Positions 28,397-38,564 are shown, counted from the first letter of the stretch. The stretch: 64,000 nucleotides of DNA from Candidatus Latescibacterota bacterium (GCA_965226795.1 CBDDDZ010000002.1:576001-640000); one strand, 5' to 3'. The notes: a model not told the origin generated them from the letters alone. Numbers and translations are program-made.

Positions 28397-29249
28397 TTGG
28401 GTAACCCTATCTTCAACAAGAGAGCGATCGTGTCGAGGCTGGTGGTCTTGATGGTGCTTTGCGGTCTCCCGTGGGCGGGAGCCGCCGTGGAGGTGATGAA
28501 CGAGGACTCTCAGACCTGGCATCTGCCCGACGGCGCGACTGCACGCCTGGGCAGAGGTAGCTTTAGACTGAGTTATGGCATACTGGCTTATTCACCGGAC
28601 GGACGACATCTTGCAGTGGCCACGAATATCGGCGTGTGGCTGTACGAAATGGCCACGTTGCACGCCGTGGCGCTGCTGCCGAGTACTGCGGATGTGGATG
28701 CCGTAGTATTTTCCCCGGATGGCGGGACACTCGCTACCGGGTCGTGGGATCGGACGGTGAGGCTGTGGGACGTAGCGACGCGAACTGAGATCGCCTCCCT
28801 GGAACGCCACCGCACGCCAGTCCTTGTCGGTGGCGTTTTCGCCGGACGGTGGTATGCTGGCTTCCGGGTCGGGCGATGGTACGGTCAGGCTGTGGGATAT
28901 AGCCATGCGGTCTAAAGTCGCCACCTTGGAGGGACATCGGTGGAGCGTCGAGTCGTTAGCATTTTCGTGGGATGGCGGGACGCTGGCCTCTGGATCGGAG
29001 GATGGCACGGTGCTACTGTGGGATATGTCGCCTTATATCACTCCCCAATCCCGCGATCCCGATTTCGACGGCGACGGGTCTGTCGGGTTCTCCGACTTTT
29101 TGCAATTCGCGCAAAAGTTCGGATTGCGTGAAGGCGATGCGGGATATCACGCGAAGTACGATCTGGATAAGGATGGCGCCATCGGATTCGGCGATTTTCT
29201 GGAATTTGCCAATGCGTACGGGCAGAGTCAAGTCACTCTATTAAATTAA
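28397..29249 (+). pseudogene. Short WD40/EF-hand paralog, frameshifted
   Basis: Same leader and 'WHLPDGATARLG' start as 23418; only about 4 WD40 repeats; frame change near 28823 (ORF 28397 to ORF 28824); same EF-hand tail. Confidence 0.8.
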
Positions 29250-29984
29250 CTCGATACGGACCACGTTTTTGACGTTCGCGCATCTGTCGTCGGTTTCAGG
29301 AACGAAAAGCCGCAACGGACCGCCCATGCGTTCCGGCAACGGATGGCCGTCCATACGGTAAACGAGAATGCCGTTTTCGACCGCCGCAGCAAGGGAGACC
29401 CGGGCAAAGAACCCGTCATCGGCCGAATGAAAAACGGCTTGGCCCGCGCTGGCGTCGATGTTCACGCCTTTCAAGAGCGCGGCAACGGATACGGCTGTCC
29501 CGCGGCGGCCGGGTAGAAGACGGCCGATGTCGTCTATCCGGTCCGCAATCCCATCGATATCCGCATACGTGAAGACCATCGGTCCGGGTAGACACCCCTC
29601 TATTGTGAGTAACGGCGCGCCGTCGTCACTGTGCAGCCCCGATACCGTCTGGTCGATGTAATCCTGCGCGATTTCGACCAGCCTTGCGTCGAAGCCGACC
29701 GTCGGCGCGACGTGGATTTCCATATCGGCATGGTCCTTGTGAAACCTGCCCACACGCTGTCGGATACGACGCAAAACCTGTTCGTCCTCGCGAAACAGGA
29801 ACGGCAGGACCGCGATCCGCTCCGCTCCGCGTTGAACGCACGCCGCCAGCGCGTCTTCAAGGGCCGGATGGCCATTCAGGACGCCGGCTTCTACCGCGAC
29901 GCCCCGATCCCGAAGCGCGTCGACAACCCGCGTCAGGCAGTTGTCATCCGCACGACCCGCAACAAGCACGGTGGCGTGGGACAT
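29241..29984 (-). CDS. CbiX/SirB-like domain fused to a molybdopterin-oxidoreductase-like domain
   Basis: 'HPALEDALAACVQRGAERIAVLPFLF' (chelatase fold); 'GHPLPERMGGPLRLFVP...CANVKNVVRIEL' (Oxidored_molyb-like). Start at ATG 29984 after GGAGGT. Confidence 0.7.
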   Translation of the reverse strand: MSHATVLVAGRADDNCLTRVVDALRDRGVAVEAGVLNGHPALEDALAACVQRGAERIAVLPFLFREDEQVLRRIRQRVGRFHKDHADMEIHVAPTVGFDARLVEIAQDYIDQTVSGLHSDDGAPLLTIEGCLPGPMVFTYADIDGIADRIDDIGRLLPGRRGTAVSVAALLKGVNIDASAGQAVFHSADDGFFARVSLAAAVENGILVYRMDGHPLPERMGGPLRLFVPETDDRCANVKNVVRIELI

Positions 29985-30096
29985 TGAATTACCTCCATCG
30001 CGCGATGGCAATTGTCTCGCATGTTCGACCGGTCCGAGGATCGGGTCGGACGAATCCATCGCTTCACTCGCGACCGCGCGGTCGCCCCGTTAGAGT

Positions 30097-30234
30097 ATGT
30101 TCCCCTTCTTCGATGATCTTCCGCTTCTCGTTCGAGTGGTTCTGCTGATTTCCGCCGTGCTCGTACTGGTGGTCGGCGCCGGCCTGGTCTGGCGAATGGT
30201 CAAGGCCGTGTTGGGAAGGAAAAACAGCGGCTGA
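30097..30234 (+). CDS. Small single-TM membrane protein (45 aa)
   Basis: Below the track cutoff: MFPFFDDLPLLVRVVLLISAVLVLVVGAGLVWRMVKAVLGRKNSG; one hydrophobic helix and a basic tail. Confidence 0.55.
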   Translation: MFPFFDDLPLLVRVVLLISAVLVLVVGAGLVWRMVKAVLGRKNSG

Positions 30235-30432
30235 CCCGCCGGTCGCAAAATCCTTCCCTGAGTCAACCTTAACCGCAAACCACCGCGACAGGCTCCATAA
30301 TACGCGCTACTCATCCTGTCGCATCGTTGTTACCGATCAAGCCGATCGTGATCCACACATATAAGTGTGTGTGGATTTGCCAATACCTTGATTTTGCGGC
30401 AGTTATTCCCAACCGCACGTCGCGTAATCACG

Positions 30433-30714
30433 CTATCTCTCCGGTCGATCCGAAGCCTTTTTCAACGTGCTTCGGGCGTAAGAGAGGGCCATAACTTCCA
30501 GGGCGTTGATGAGGTAGACGTCGCGCGCGCGGTCGTCCAGGGCCTCAGCCATCTCCCTGGCCAGCGCCGGGATTTCGGCCTCCAGGGAGGCCCTCATATC
30601 GTCCCAGCCGGAAAGGTGACCGTGTTTTTCGCGGTAGGACTCCCGCGCGGCGCGGTAGAGAGCCTTGGCGAGTTTGCGCGGGTCTCCGTCGAGCTGGATC
30701 TGAGAGTTATCCAT
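30433..30714 (-). CDS. Hypothetical helical protein (93 aa)
   Basis: Coding-like composition from MDNSQIQ; the upstream extension in the track looks non-coding or remnant. Confidence 0.55.
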   Translation of the reverse strand: MDNSQIQLDGDPRKLAKALYRAARESYREKHGHLSGWDDMRASLEAEIPALAREMAEALDDRARDVYLINALEVMALSYARSTLKKASDRPER

Positions 30715-31012
30715 TGGGATTTTGTGTTTTTGGTCGTGATTGTGGTTGATGGGGCGGCGTGCCCGGACACAGGATTCTGAGGTTGCGGTCTGATGTATAT
30801 GAGCAGACAAGAATGTCTGCTCCACCTTTTCAAGCCTTTGTTCGCGGTATTGCTTGAGCGCATTAACCAACTGCGACAAAACGCCTGTACTTGCTTCCAC
30901 TTCCCGAAGCAGCAAATGTCACCTGACTGCGTGCGGTGACGCACATGCAGGCTGGTCAGGACGCCTCCATCGAAGGCGCCTACCAGTCGGACGACACGAA
31001 ATCCATGATCCG

Positions 31013-34000
31013 CTATTCGCTCGAGCCGACAGGTTCAAAGAGGACCGTATCGCCGACCACGTAGTCCACGATTTGTACCCATGCGCCGGGCGCGAGATTG
31101 CGCAGCCGGTCGCCGTCGCCTCTATTGGGGTCGATGCGGACGGTGGTGCGGACGCGGCCGGGCGGCCAGGAACCCTCATTGCTCGCGTTGGAAATTACGG
31201 CCCAGTCGTCATTCGCGCCGGTCTGGATCCGCGTACCGTTGAGATTGCCGGATTTGGCCAGGATGTGAAAGCCGAAGTCGATCCTGCCGCTTTCGGCGGC
31301 GACCACCTTCGCGCGCCCGAGGAGCGAGGTGACGTCGAGCGTGAGTCGACTGACCCGGACGCCCGCGTCCTCGGCGGCTTCAACGCGATAGCTGTGCGCC
31401 CTGCCGTCCGGGTTGACGGTGATGCGGTCGCCCGCAGCGATGCCCTCCAGGCCTTCCACGTCGACCGTACACGCGTCCCTGTTGAGGGCGACGATGCGGC
31501 CGGTTTGATGGGCGTGACTGATTGCGAGTGACGCCGCGGAGTCCTGGAATGCGGATGCGCCTACGGTTGAAATCCGACCGTTGACCACGGTCGCCAGGGC
31601 GCCGTGTAACGTGACCCCGTCTTCAAAGCGCGTGGCGTCCTCGGGACCGGCATCGGGCGCCCAGTAAAGGGCGATTTCCTTGCCATGCGCGGTGGTGAGC
31701 CGCACGCCGGCGGCGGTGGGAGACTGCGCGGGAACGGCGACCGCTTCGGCAAGGGTCGGTTCGCCGATCCGGGGTTCGAATACCAGATCGACGCATGTGG
31801 TATCGTCTTGCGGCGTCCGCCGCCAGATGACGGGCTGATACAGGTAGTTGGACGTTTCGGGGGTACCCATCGACTGCGCCGCGCGGGCCGTGAACAGACG
31901 GGTTTCCGGGGAAACGTTGACCTGATGGAGATCCATGTGGACGGTGCGCTCGGCCTGCGATTGCCAGGCCCCGCTGAAGGCCGGCGGCGCTGGGCCGGCC
32001 GACACGTCGTCCATGTACGCGAGAGCGGTATGGTCCGGGTGCGGCAGGTCGCCGGTCTGCGCGCGTTGGATTTGGGGGCCGGCGACGGTTCCCGGTGACG
32101 GCTGGATGCCCGCGTCGTCCGAGTGGAAGACGCCTTCGAGTCCGCGGCAGGTACGCCAGTGTTCCGTGCCGCCAGAGATCCGGGAAAGGTCGATGAAGGC
32201 GACGCCGTCGCCGTCGGTCTCGACCAGAGCGATGAGGCGGCGGAACGTGACACCGAGCTTGCGCCATCCTTGTCCTGCGTCGTGCGCCCATCGGTGCGCC
32301 TCGACGTCCAGGACCTGGATGCCGTCCACAAACAGGCTGCGTACCAGGCGCCCGCGGCCGGCGCTGACGGGTTCGCCCGGAGGTAGGTCTGACCAGACGG
32401 TGTTGTGGGTTGCCCAGTGGGATTCCCAGGGGGACATGCTCGCCCACGACTGGGGGTAGCCCAGATCGGTGAGAAAAGGCCGGCCGAACGCAAAAAACTG
32501 GACGTCCAGAAGGTCTCGGTGGCGGTGGTGGAGCGTATCGCCGTAGACGATGCCGGCGGCGGCCCGCTCGGGGGCCTCGGGTGTGCGGAGAATCGCGATG
32601 CCGACGCCGTCGTGGACCGTGGGTCCGAGGGCCACGTGCCGTTTGTTCTGAACGGCCGACCGGATCTCCTTCACCCGCGGGTCATCGGTGAAGGCCACCG
32701 CTCGCTCAAGAAGATCGGGATCCATCGGCGGATGAAAGAGATCGCGTTCCAACCGGATCGTGCCCTCTCCCTTGAAGCCGGCCGAGCCGGGGGACGATCC
32801 ATCGCCGAACTGGAAGAAGGATTTTCCAACCATCGTGATCTCGTGCAGCGCGCGGGGTACGTGCGCTGCGCGACGATCGTCGAAGAGGGATGGGTAGTCG
32901 GCCTCAGGGTAGGCGTCGGGTTGCAGGGCACGAAGGTTTCGGAGGTGATGTTCCAGGTCGAACAGCCCGTCGCTGTGAATCGAGTTGTATCCACCCGTGG
33001 CCTCCTGGGGGGTACCGTCCGGGAAGAAGTCGTTGGTGGTGAAGACACGCAGCGTGTCCGGCCCTTCATCGTAGATCCAATCCATCACGTCCCCCGCGTC
33101 GGGGCGGTCCAGACAGCGCAGGATAAACAGCGCCCCCTGGCTTTCTCTCGGAAGGTTGCTGCTCGCGCCCCGATCCAGCGTGACCTGGAGCAAGGCCGCC
33201 AGCATCTCCTCCGTCAGTTGACAGGCATCTTCGGGAGTCTCAACGGAAAGGCCCATCGATTGGGCGCGTCCGACGAGCTCCCGGTCCTCCCGCATCAGCG
33301 GCCACACCGTGTCGTATGCCAGCGCCAGGCTCGCGATGAGATACGGGGTGTCGATGCTGTAGCGGACGCTACCCTTGGCGCGCAGCGCCTGAACCGGATC
33401 GGACTCGTCCGCCCAGTCGGGCTGGCCCCAATCCCAGGGTTCTTCCACGCCTTTCGACGGACCGTACCGGAACTGGGGTACGGAGGCCAGGTAGAGCTCT
33501 TCCGCGGCGTACCGCAGCAGCAGCAGCCCGAGCCGGCGCGCGAGCGCTTCGTCGAAACCCCCGGCGCGCAGGGCGTTCGTCAGAGCGCCGATTCCTGAAT
33601 GGAAGCTGCGGCTTTGATCCCGGTGATAGGTGGCTGCAAAGAGGAAGATGTGACCGTCGGCGTCGAAATAGCCGTACCCGTCGTCCGGATATTCGCCTGA
33701 AATATAGTCTTCGTTCACCAGGTCGTTGCTGGGATAAACCGAAGCGCAGTTGGGGCACTCGGACTTGAAATCACAAGGATGGTGGTTGCGTACCCAGGGA
33801 TAAAAACCACTGTGTTTGAAAATCGCCGTACCGCAGTTCGGACACCCCTGGTGGCAGTTTGCAAAGTGGGCTTTGGGCAGTTCCGCACGGGGAAGCTGCG
33901 CCCAGGCGATTTCATCCGATTGCGACGACCACCAGGCGATGGTTTCTTCGGCAAGCCGGTCCGATAGGGGCTCGTCCTGCAGCGTCTGCCGGGTCTTTGT

Positions 34001-34330
34001 GGTCAGGTAATTCTTCTCCAAAGGCCAGCGGCGCGGCCACGCGGCGCCGTTGTAGGTTTGCGGCCGGCGCAGGTCGTCCAGTGTGCGGACGTGGATGGTT
34101 GTTTCCGCGGTCTCGCCGCGGTGTGAGGCGAGCAGGGTGTAGTCCCCGGCCTGTCCGGGAGACCGCAAATAGTGGTAGATTGCGGCGTCACGTTCGGACC
34201 ACCTGGTGGTGATGACTTCGAATTGATCCGCCGAAAGCTCGACGTTGTCGCCGGGCGCCTGAACGGGCAGACGGAAGCTGCGTCCGGGGAGAATGACCCT
34301 GGGCCGCCAGGGTATGGCGAAATCGGACAT
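31013..34330 (-). CDS. Large heparinase II/III-like protein with a CxxC-CxxC zinc-ribbon
   Basis: 'GCPNCG...CPNC', 'DDGYGY', 'HHRHRDLLDV', 'DLGYP', 'ATHNTV'. Confidence 0.65.
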   Translation of the reverse strand: MSDFAIPWRPRVILPGRSFRLPVQAPGDNVELSADQFEVITTRWSERDAAIYHYLRSPGQAGDYTLLASHRGETAETTIHVRTLDDLRRPQTYNGAAWPRRWPLEKNYLTTKTRQTLQDEPLSDRLAEETIAWWSSQSDEIAWAQLPRAELPKAHFANCHQGCPNCGTAIFKHSGFYPWVRNHHPCDFKSECPNCASVYPSNDLVNEDYISGEYPDDGYGYFDADGHIFLFAATYHRDQSRSFHSGIGALTNALRAGGFDEALARRLGLLLLRYAAEELYLASVPQFRYGPSKGVEEPWDWGQPDWADESDPVQALRAKGSVRYSIDTPYLIASLALAYDTVWPLMREDRELVGRAQSMGLSVETPEDACQLTEEMLAALLQVTLDRGASSNLPRESQGALFILRCLDRPDAGDVMDWIYDEGPDTLRVFTTNDFFPDGTPQEATGGYNSIHSDGLFDLEHHLRNLRALQPDAYPEADYPSLFDDRRAAHVPRALHEITMVGKSFFQFGDGSSPGSAGFKGEGTIRLERDLFHPPMDPDLLERAVAFTDDPRVKEIRSAVQNKRHVALGPTVHDGVGIAILRTPEAPERAAAGIVYGDTLHHRHRDLLDVQFFAFGRPFLTDLGYPQSWASMSPWESHWATHNTVWSDLPPGEPVSAGRGRLVRSLFVDGIQVLDVEAHRWAHDAGQGWRKLGVTFRRLIALVETDGDGVAFIDLSRISGGTEHWRTCRGLEGVFHSDDAGIQPSPGTVAGPQIQRAQTGDLPHPDHTALAYMDDVSAGPAPPAFSGAWQSQAERTVHMDLHQVNVSPETRLFTARAAQSMGTPETSNYLYQPVIWRRTPQDDTTCVDLVFEPRIGEPTLAEAVAVPAQSPTAAGVRLTTAHGKEIALYWAPDAGPEDATRFEDGVTLHGALATVVNGRISTVGASAFQDSAASLAISHAHQTGRIVALNRDACTVDVEGLEGIAAGDRITVNPDGRAHSYRVEAAEDAGVRVSRLTLDVTSLLGRAKVVAAESGRIDFGFHILAKSGNLNGTRIQTGANDDWAVISNASNEGSWPPGRVRTTVRIDPNRGDGDRLRNLAPGAWVQIVDYVVGDTVLFEPVGSSE

Positions 34331-34393
34331 GGCAATGTTCCTCGGTGATGGGAAATTGGGGTTGTGGCGTGCGAACCAGTACTGTTTTCCGGC

Positions 34394-35230
34394 CTACACA
34401 GCCATTTTCGCCTTGACAGCGGCATGGCAGCGGTAGTTGATTAACTGGAAGTCGTCGTAGATGAAATCGTCGATTGTCTTTTGACCACGGTCCGTAATAC
34501 GCAGGCTCGGGAGTGGAAACGGATCGCGGGAAAGCTGTTCCTGAACCGCGTCCAGGTGGTTCAGGTAGATGTGGGCGTCGGCGAGAGTATGGATGAATTC
34601 ACCGGGTTCGAGACGGGTGATCCTGGCGACCATGTGGAGCAGGAGCGAATATGAGGCAATGTTGAGCGGGACCCCGAGAAACATGTCGCAGGACCGCTGG
34701 TACATCAGAAGGGAGAGTCTGCCATGGGCAACGTAAAACTGAAAGAAAGAATGGCAGGGGGGAAGGGCGACGTCTTCCGGCGCGACTTCGGCGGCATTCC
34801 AGGCGTTCACAATGATGCGCCTGGAGTCGGGGCTGCGGCGGATCAGGTCGATCGCTTCCCGCAGCTGGTCCACGGTCCGCTCCGCACCGCGCCAATGCCG
34901 CCACTGGACGCCGTAGATGCGTCCCATGGAACCGCCATTCTCGCGCAGGCCGAGCCTGTTGAGGTAATCTTCGTAGTTGCCGTCCCAGAGTTTGTTGTGG
35001 GGATAGATCTTCTTGAGGTCATTGATGTTGTCAGATCCTGAGATGAACCAAAGAAGCTCTGAGACCATGGATTTCCACACGAGCTTTTTCGTGGTGACCG
35101 CGGGGAATCCATCGTTCATATTATACCGCGCCTGAAGGCCGAAACAGGAAATCGTGCCGACACCAGTCCTGTCCTCCTTACTGACGCCGTGGTCCAGGAT
35201 ATGTCGAAGCTGATCGAGATATTGTTTCAT
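34394..35230 (-). CDS. thyA: Thymidylate synthase
   Basis: 'MKQYL', 'DRTGVGT', 'ALPPCH', 'YQRSCDMFLGVPLNIASY', 'AHIYLNH'. Confidence 0.97.
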   Translation of the reverse strand: MKQYLDQLRHILDHGVSKEDRTGVGTISCFGLQARYNMNDGFPAVTTKKLVWKSMVSELLWFISGSDNINDLKKIYPHNKLWDGNYEDYLNRLGLRENGGSMGRIYGVQWRHWRGAERTVDQLREAIDLIRRSPDSRRIIVNAWNAAEVAPEDVALPPCHSFFQFYVAHGRLSLLMYQRSCDMFLGVPLNIASYSLLLHMVARITRLEPGEFIHTLADAHIYLNHLDAVQEQLSRDPFPLPSLRITDRGQKTIDDFIYDDFQLINYRCHAAVKAKMAV

Positions 35231-35239
35231 AATTACACC

Positions 35240-35380
35240 ACTTGCTCAGAAAACAAGCTGTCAGCTATCAGCGGTCGGCTAAAGAACAAAACCGAAAACC
35301 AGACAGCAAGACGTCAGCCACGAGAAACAACAAAAACCAATTGGGGGGCTGCTGGGCCCTCTTGCGTCTTACGTCTCGCT
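35240..35380 (-). repeat. Dispersed intergenic repeat with 7-mer-like units, copy A
   Basis: Minus strand: AGCGAGACGTAAGACGCAAGAGG...TGACAGCTTGTTTTCTGA; matches 48207-48390. Confidence 0.7.
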
Positions 35381-35390
35381 TTTCGCCGAA

Positions 35391-35864
35391 TCAATAAACC
35401 TTCCGCCTCCTTTCATACACGAACAGGGTGAATTCCGGGTGGTTTTCCTTTCTGGCGATTCTCCAGTCGCCCTCATCGAACTCGGGGAAGAAGGTGTCAC
35501 CGTCGTAGTCGCCCTTGATGCGGGAGAGATACATCCGATTCGCGAGGGGAATGGACTGCCGGTAAATCTCCGCGCCGCCCGCGCTGAAAACGGGTTTCCC
35601 GTAGGACCTGGCTTTTTCGAGTGCTTCCTCAAAAGTGCGGCAGACGTCGACGCCCTCGGTTTCCGGGAATGAACGGCTGACGACGACGTGGGGGCGTTTC
35701 GGCAGGGGCCGGCAGCCGATGGATTCAAAGGTCTTGCGCCCCAGGATAAGTACGCCGCCGCCGGTGATTTTCTTGAACTGTAGGAGTTCCTCGGATACAT
35801 GCCACGGCATGGTATTGCCATTGCCGATCACCCCGTTTTCCGCCATGGCGGCGATGACGGTCAT
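35391..35864 (-). CDS. folA: Dihydrofolate reductase
   Basis: 'VIGNGNTMPWH', 'GRKTFESI', 'RPLPKR', 'GGAEIY', 'GDTFFP'. Confidence 0.95.
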   Translation of the reverse strand: MTVIAAMAENGVIGNGNTMPWHVSEELLQFKKITGGGVLILGRKTFESIGCRPLPKRPHVVVSRSFPETEGVDVCRTFEEALEKARSYGKPVFSAGGAEIYRQSIPLANRMYLSRIKGDYDGDTFFPEFDEGDWRIARKENHPEFTLFVYERRRKVY

Positions 35865-37204
35865 AAACGCCTCGGCGCAGCGATATCCAGCAGTTGCGGT
35901 GCGGCTGTCGAGCGTCCGATGAGATCGTGATCGAGTGCATCGGTTATCTCCACGTCCGTGAATTCGCCGACCCGCGCCTCTCCGGAAATAAAGACTTCGC
36001 CGTCGATCTCGGGAGCGTCCATGCGCGTACGGCCTATATAGTCATAGGCCGGATCGTCCGCCGGGCGGTCGACCAGCGCGGGGTAGGTCCGGCCGACGCA
36101 TTCGGCGGTGATTTCGGAGGAGATGACGGCCTGGAGGCTGAGGATGCGATCCAGCCGATCCCGCTTTTCGTCTTCCGGTACGTCGTCCTCCAGGCTGCCG
36201 GCGCGGGTACCGTCTTCGTGGGAATAGAGGAAGCCGACCAGCCGGTTGAAGCGGGTTTCCTCGATAAACTCCAGAAGTTCCTGTACGTTTTCCTCTTTCT
36301 CGCCCGGGAACCCGGCGATAACGGAGGACCGGAGGGCCAGGGTGGGCACGCGCTCCCGGAGCTTTCGGATGAGGGCTCGCGTACTCTCCTGGGTCGCGCC
36401 GCGATTCATCGCTTTGAGCATGGCATTGGAGGCGTGCTGGATGGGCATATCCACGTATGCGCAGAGTTTTTCCTCCGTTGCCAGGAGGTCGATCAGGTCG
36501 TCGCGCCAGCCCGTGGGGTAGGTGTAGAGCAGGCGAATCCATTGGAGGCCGTCGATGCGGACCAGTTCGCGCAAGAGGTCTACCAGACGGGGGCTGCCGT
36601 AAAGGTCTGCCCCGTAACGCATGGTATCCTGGGCGATAAGCGCGACCTCTTTCACTCCGCCCGCGACCATGCGCCAGGCTTCGGCGACCAGAACCTCGAT
36701 GGATTCGCTGCGGTTGGCGCCCCGGATGCCGGGAATGGCGCAGAAGGCACAGGTCCGGTCGCAGCCGTCCGAGATGCGCAGATAGGCCCAGTGATTGGGG
36801 GTGAGCAGGTGCCGGGCGCCCTCTTCTCTGTAGATTCTGGGGCGTGAGATGCCCAGAAGACGGTCGCAATGGGCGACGATCTCGCTTTCGCCGGCCAGAC
36901 CGACGACAAGGTCGGCCTCGGGAATTTCCGCTTCGAGTTCGAGTCGATAGCGTTCGGCCAGACACCCGGTGAGGATCAGACCCTTGCAGTTGCCGGTTTC
37001 CTTGTAGTCCGCGGCTTCGAGGGCCGTGGCGATGGACTCCTCTTTGGCCGGTTCGATAAAACCGCATGTGTTCACAACGATGATGTCGGCTTCATCGGGT
37101 TCTTCGGCCACGGTATAGTCGTTGCATTCCAGAAGCCGGTGCATGCGTTCCGAGTCGACGGTATTCTTAGGGCATCCGAGCGTTATGAGTGAAACTGTCG
37201 GCAT
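35861..37204 (-). CDS. rimO: Ribosomal protein S12 methylthiotransferase
   Basis: 'LGCPKNTVDSE', 'NTCGFIEPAKEESI', 'GCLAERY', CxxxCxxC, C-terminal TRAM 'DAPEIDG'. Start at ATG 37204. Confidence 0.95.
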   Translation of the reverse strand: MPTVSLITLGCPKNTVDSERMHRLLECNDYTVAEEPDEADIIVVNTCGFIEPAKEESIATALEAADYKETGNCKGLILTGCLAERYRLELEAEIPEADLVVGLAGESEIVAHCDRLLGISRPRIYREEGARHLLTPNHWAYLRISDGCDRTCAFCAIPGIRGANRSESIEVLVAEAWRMVAGGVKEVALIAQDTMRYGADLYGSPRLVDLLRELVRIDGLQWIRLLYTYPTGWRDDLIDLLATEEKLCAYVDMPIQHASNAMLKAMNRGATQESTRALIRKLRERVPTLALRSSVIAGFPGEKEENVQELLEFIEETRFNRLVGFLYSHEDGTRAGSLEDDVPEDEKRDRLDRILSLQAVISSEITAECVGRTYPALVDRPADDPAYDYIGRTRMDAPEIDGEVFISGEARVGEFTDVEITDALDHDLIGRSTAAPQLLDIAAPRRL

Positions 37205-37276
37205 AGTGATCTCCCGGAGCGGCGGATGACCGATGAATTTCATCGCTTTCGTCCGAATAATCGCAGGGCTTGCAGA

Positions 37277-37305
37277 AAAATCGTCGATGTGTGGAATTTT
37301 GTCAA
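37277..37305 (-). promoter_or_regulatory. Putative sigma70 promoter for rimO-folA-thyA
   Basis: TTGACA-17 bp-GATTTT on the minus strand. Confidence 0.45.
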
Positions 37306-37331
37306 GCGGAGATTGATCGGAAATCCATGAG

Positions 37332-38564
37332 GTGCAAATGAAAGACGGTGTCATTGGACGGGTCTCCTGTGGCTGGTTCGTCCTTCTGGTGGGGGTTCTG
37401 CTACTTACTACGCAGGGCAATGCAATGGACTTCGAGTTGTCCCGCATCGATACCGGAGAGGCGTCGGTCAGTCCATATTGGGGTTACAATGCGCCTAAAC
37501 TGGTGTTCGACGGCGACCACTTTTACACGGTGGGCCGGTGGGGGCCGCACCAGGATGCCGCTAGGGGTGTCGTCTACCGTAGCGGAAGCGACGGCTGGGA
37601 GGTCTTCCTCGAGTGGGAAGGGCTCCATCATCAACCGGGGATGGTATTGCTGGACTCACAACGACGCCTCGTACTCATTCATGCTCGGCGCGAGGCCGGT
37701 CCCCTGATTTTGCATCAGCGCCAGCGCGGCGACCCGCGAGGATTCGCCCGGATTGCTCTGCCGGACGGATTGGATCGCGCCGGCTATATCGGGGCGGCCG
37801 TGGACGGGGATCGGCTCGTCCTCGGGTACATCGGGGCGCCGGGGCAATATTCATTCAATGTCGCATGGGTCGACCTGGACACAGGTACATGGTCGGGGCC
37901 TTTTCTTCTGGCCAGGGAGCAGCGATCGAAGAAGCCCTGGACCACGTGGCTGTACCCCCTGATCGTGCCAGATGGCGATGGCTTCCATCTGGTGGTGAGT
38001 AACAACGCCTATCGCAGCCCGTATTACAACCGGATTAACTACCTTAATGTTCTTTACAGACATCCCTCGTCCGCCGTCGCAGAGGTCGTTTCGGAAGTGT
38101 CCCCGTGGACCGGAAACCTGGCCTTTGCCCAAGCTATTTGGCGATCGCATGGTGGCGCACTGTTTGTCACGGTCACGCACCAGCCCGAAGGCGGGAAGAA
38201 CCAATTGCTCGTTTACCGGCGAGACCCCAATACAGGGCATTGGGAGGCGGTAACCGCAGGCAGTGCGGGAATCGCCGCCGTTTTTCAAAACATGGGGCAT
38301 CCCGGGCAGATGTGGATGTCGAGTACCTCGGGACCGGCCCTCCGGCTCTACCGCGGCGAAGATGAAGGCCGAAGATGGTCCGCCGTCTCGCTGGGTTGTT
38401 TTGAAGGGTACGGACTGCGGAATACCTTTTTTCTGTACGGTATCACGCTGGCGAGCGGCAGCCTGCTGCCGGACGAGCCGTGCGCTGTGTTCAGCAGCGG
38501 CATCAATCCTAACCTGGAGCTGTGGTTTGTGCGTTTTCACACCTCGGATCGGCGCCTTCGGTAA
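37332..38564 (+). CDS. Secreted hypothetical protein, probably a beta-propeller (BNR/sialidase-like)
   Basis: Signal peptide, W/G-rich beta strands, Asp-box-like 'RGEDEGRRW'. Confidence 0.6.
   Translation: MQMKDGVIGRVSCGWFVLLVGVLLLTTQGNAMDFELSRIDTGEASVSPYWGYNAPKLVFDGDHFYTVGRWGPHQDAARGVVYRSGSDGWEVFLEWEGLHHQPGMVLLDSQRRLVLIHARREAGPLILHQRQRGDPRGFARIALPDGLDRAGYIGAAVDGDRLVLGYIGAPGQYSFNVAWVDLDTGTWSGPFLLAREQRSKKPWTTWLYPLIVPDGDGFHLVVSNNAYRSPYYNRINYLNVLYRHPSSAVAEVVSEVSPWTGNLAFAQAIWRSHGGALFVTVTHQPEGGKNQLLVYRRDPNTGHWEAVTAGSAGIAAVFQNMGHPGQMWMSSTSGPALRLYRGEDEGRRWSAVSLGCFEGYGLRNTFFLYGITLASGSLLPDEPCAVFSSGINPNLELWFVRFHTSDRRLR

Noticed and set aside
30760..31010. Lower-GC stretch that may be a gene remnant
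   Set aside because: Too short to assign to any family by eye.
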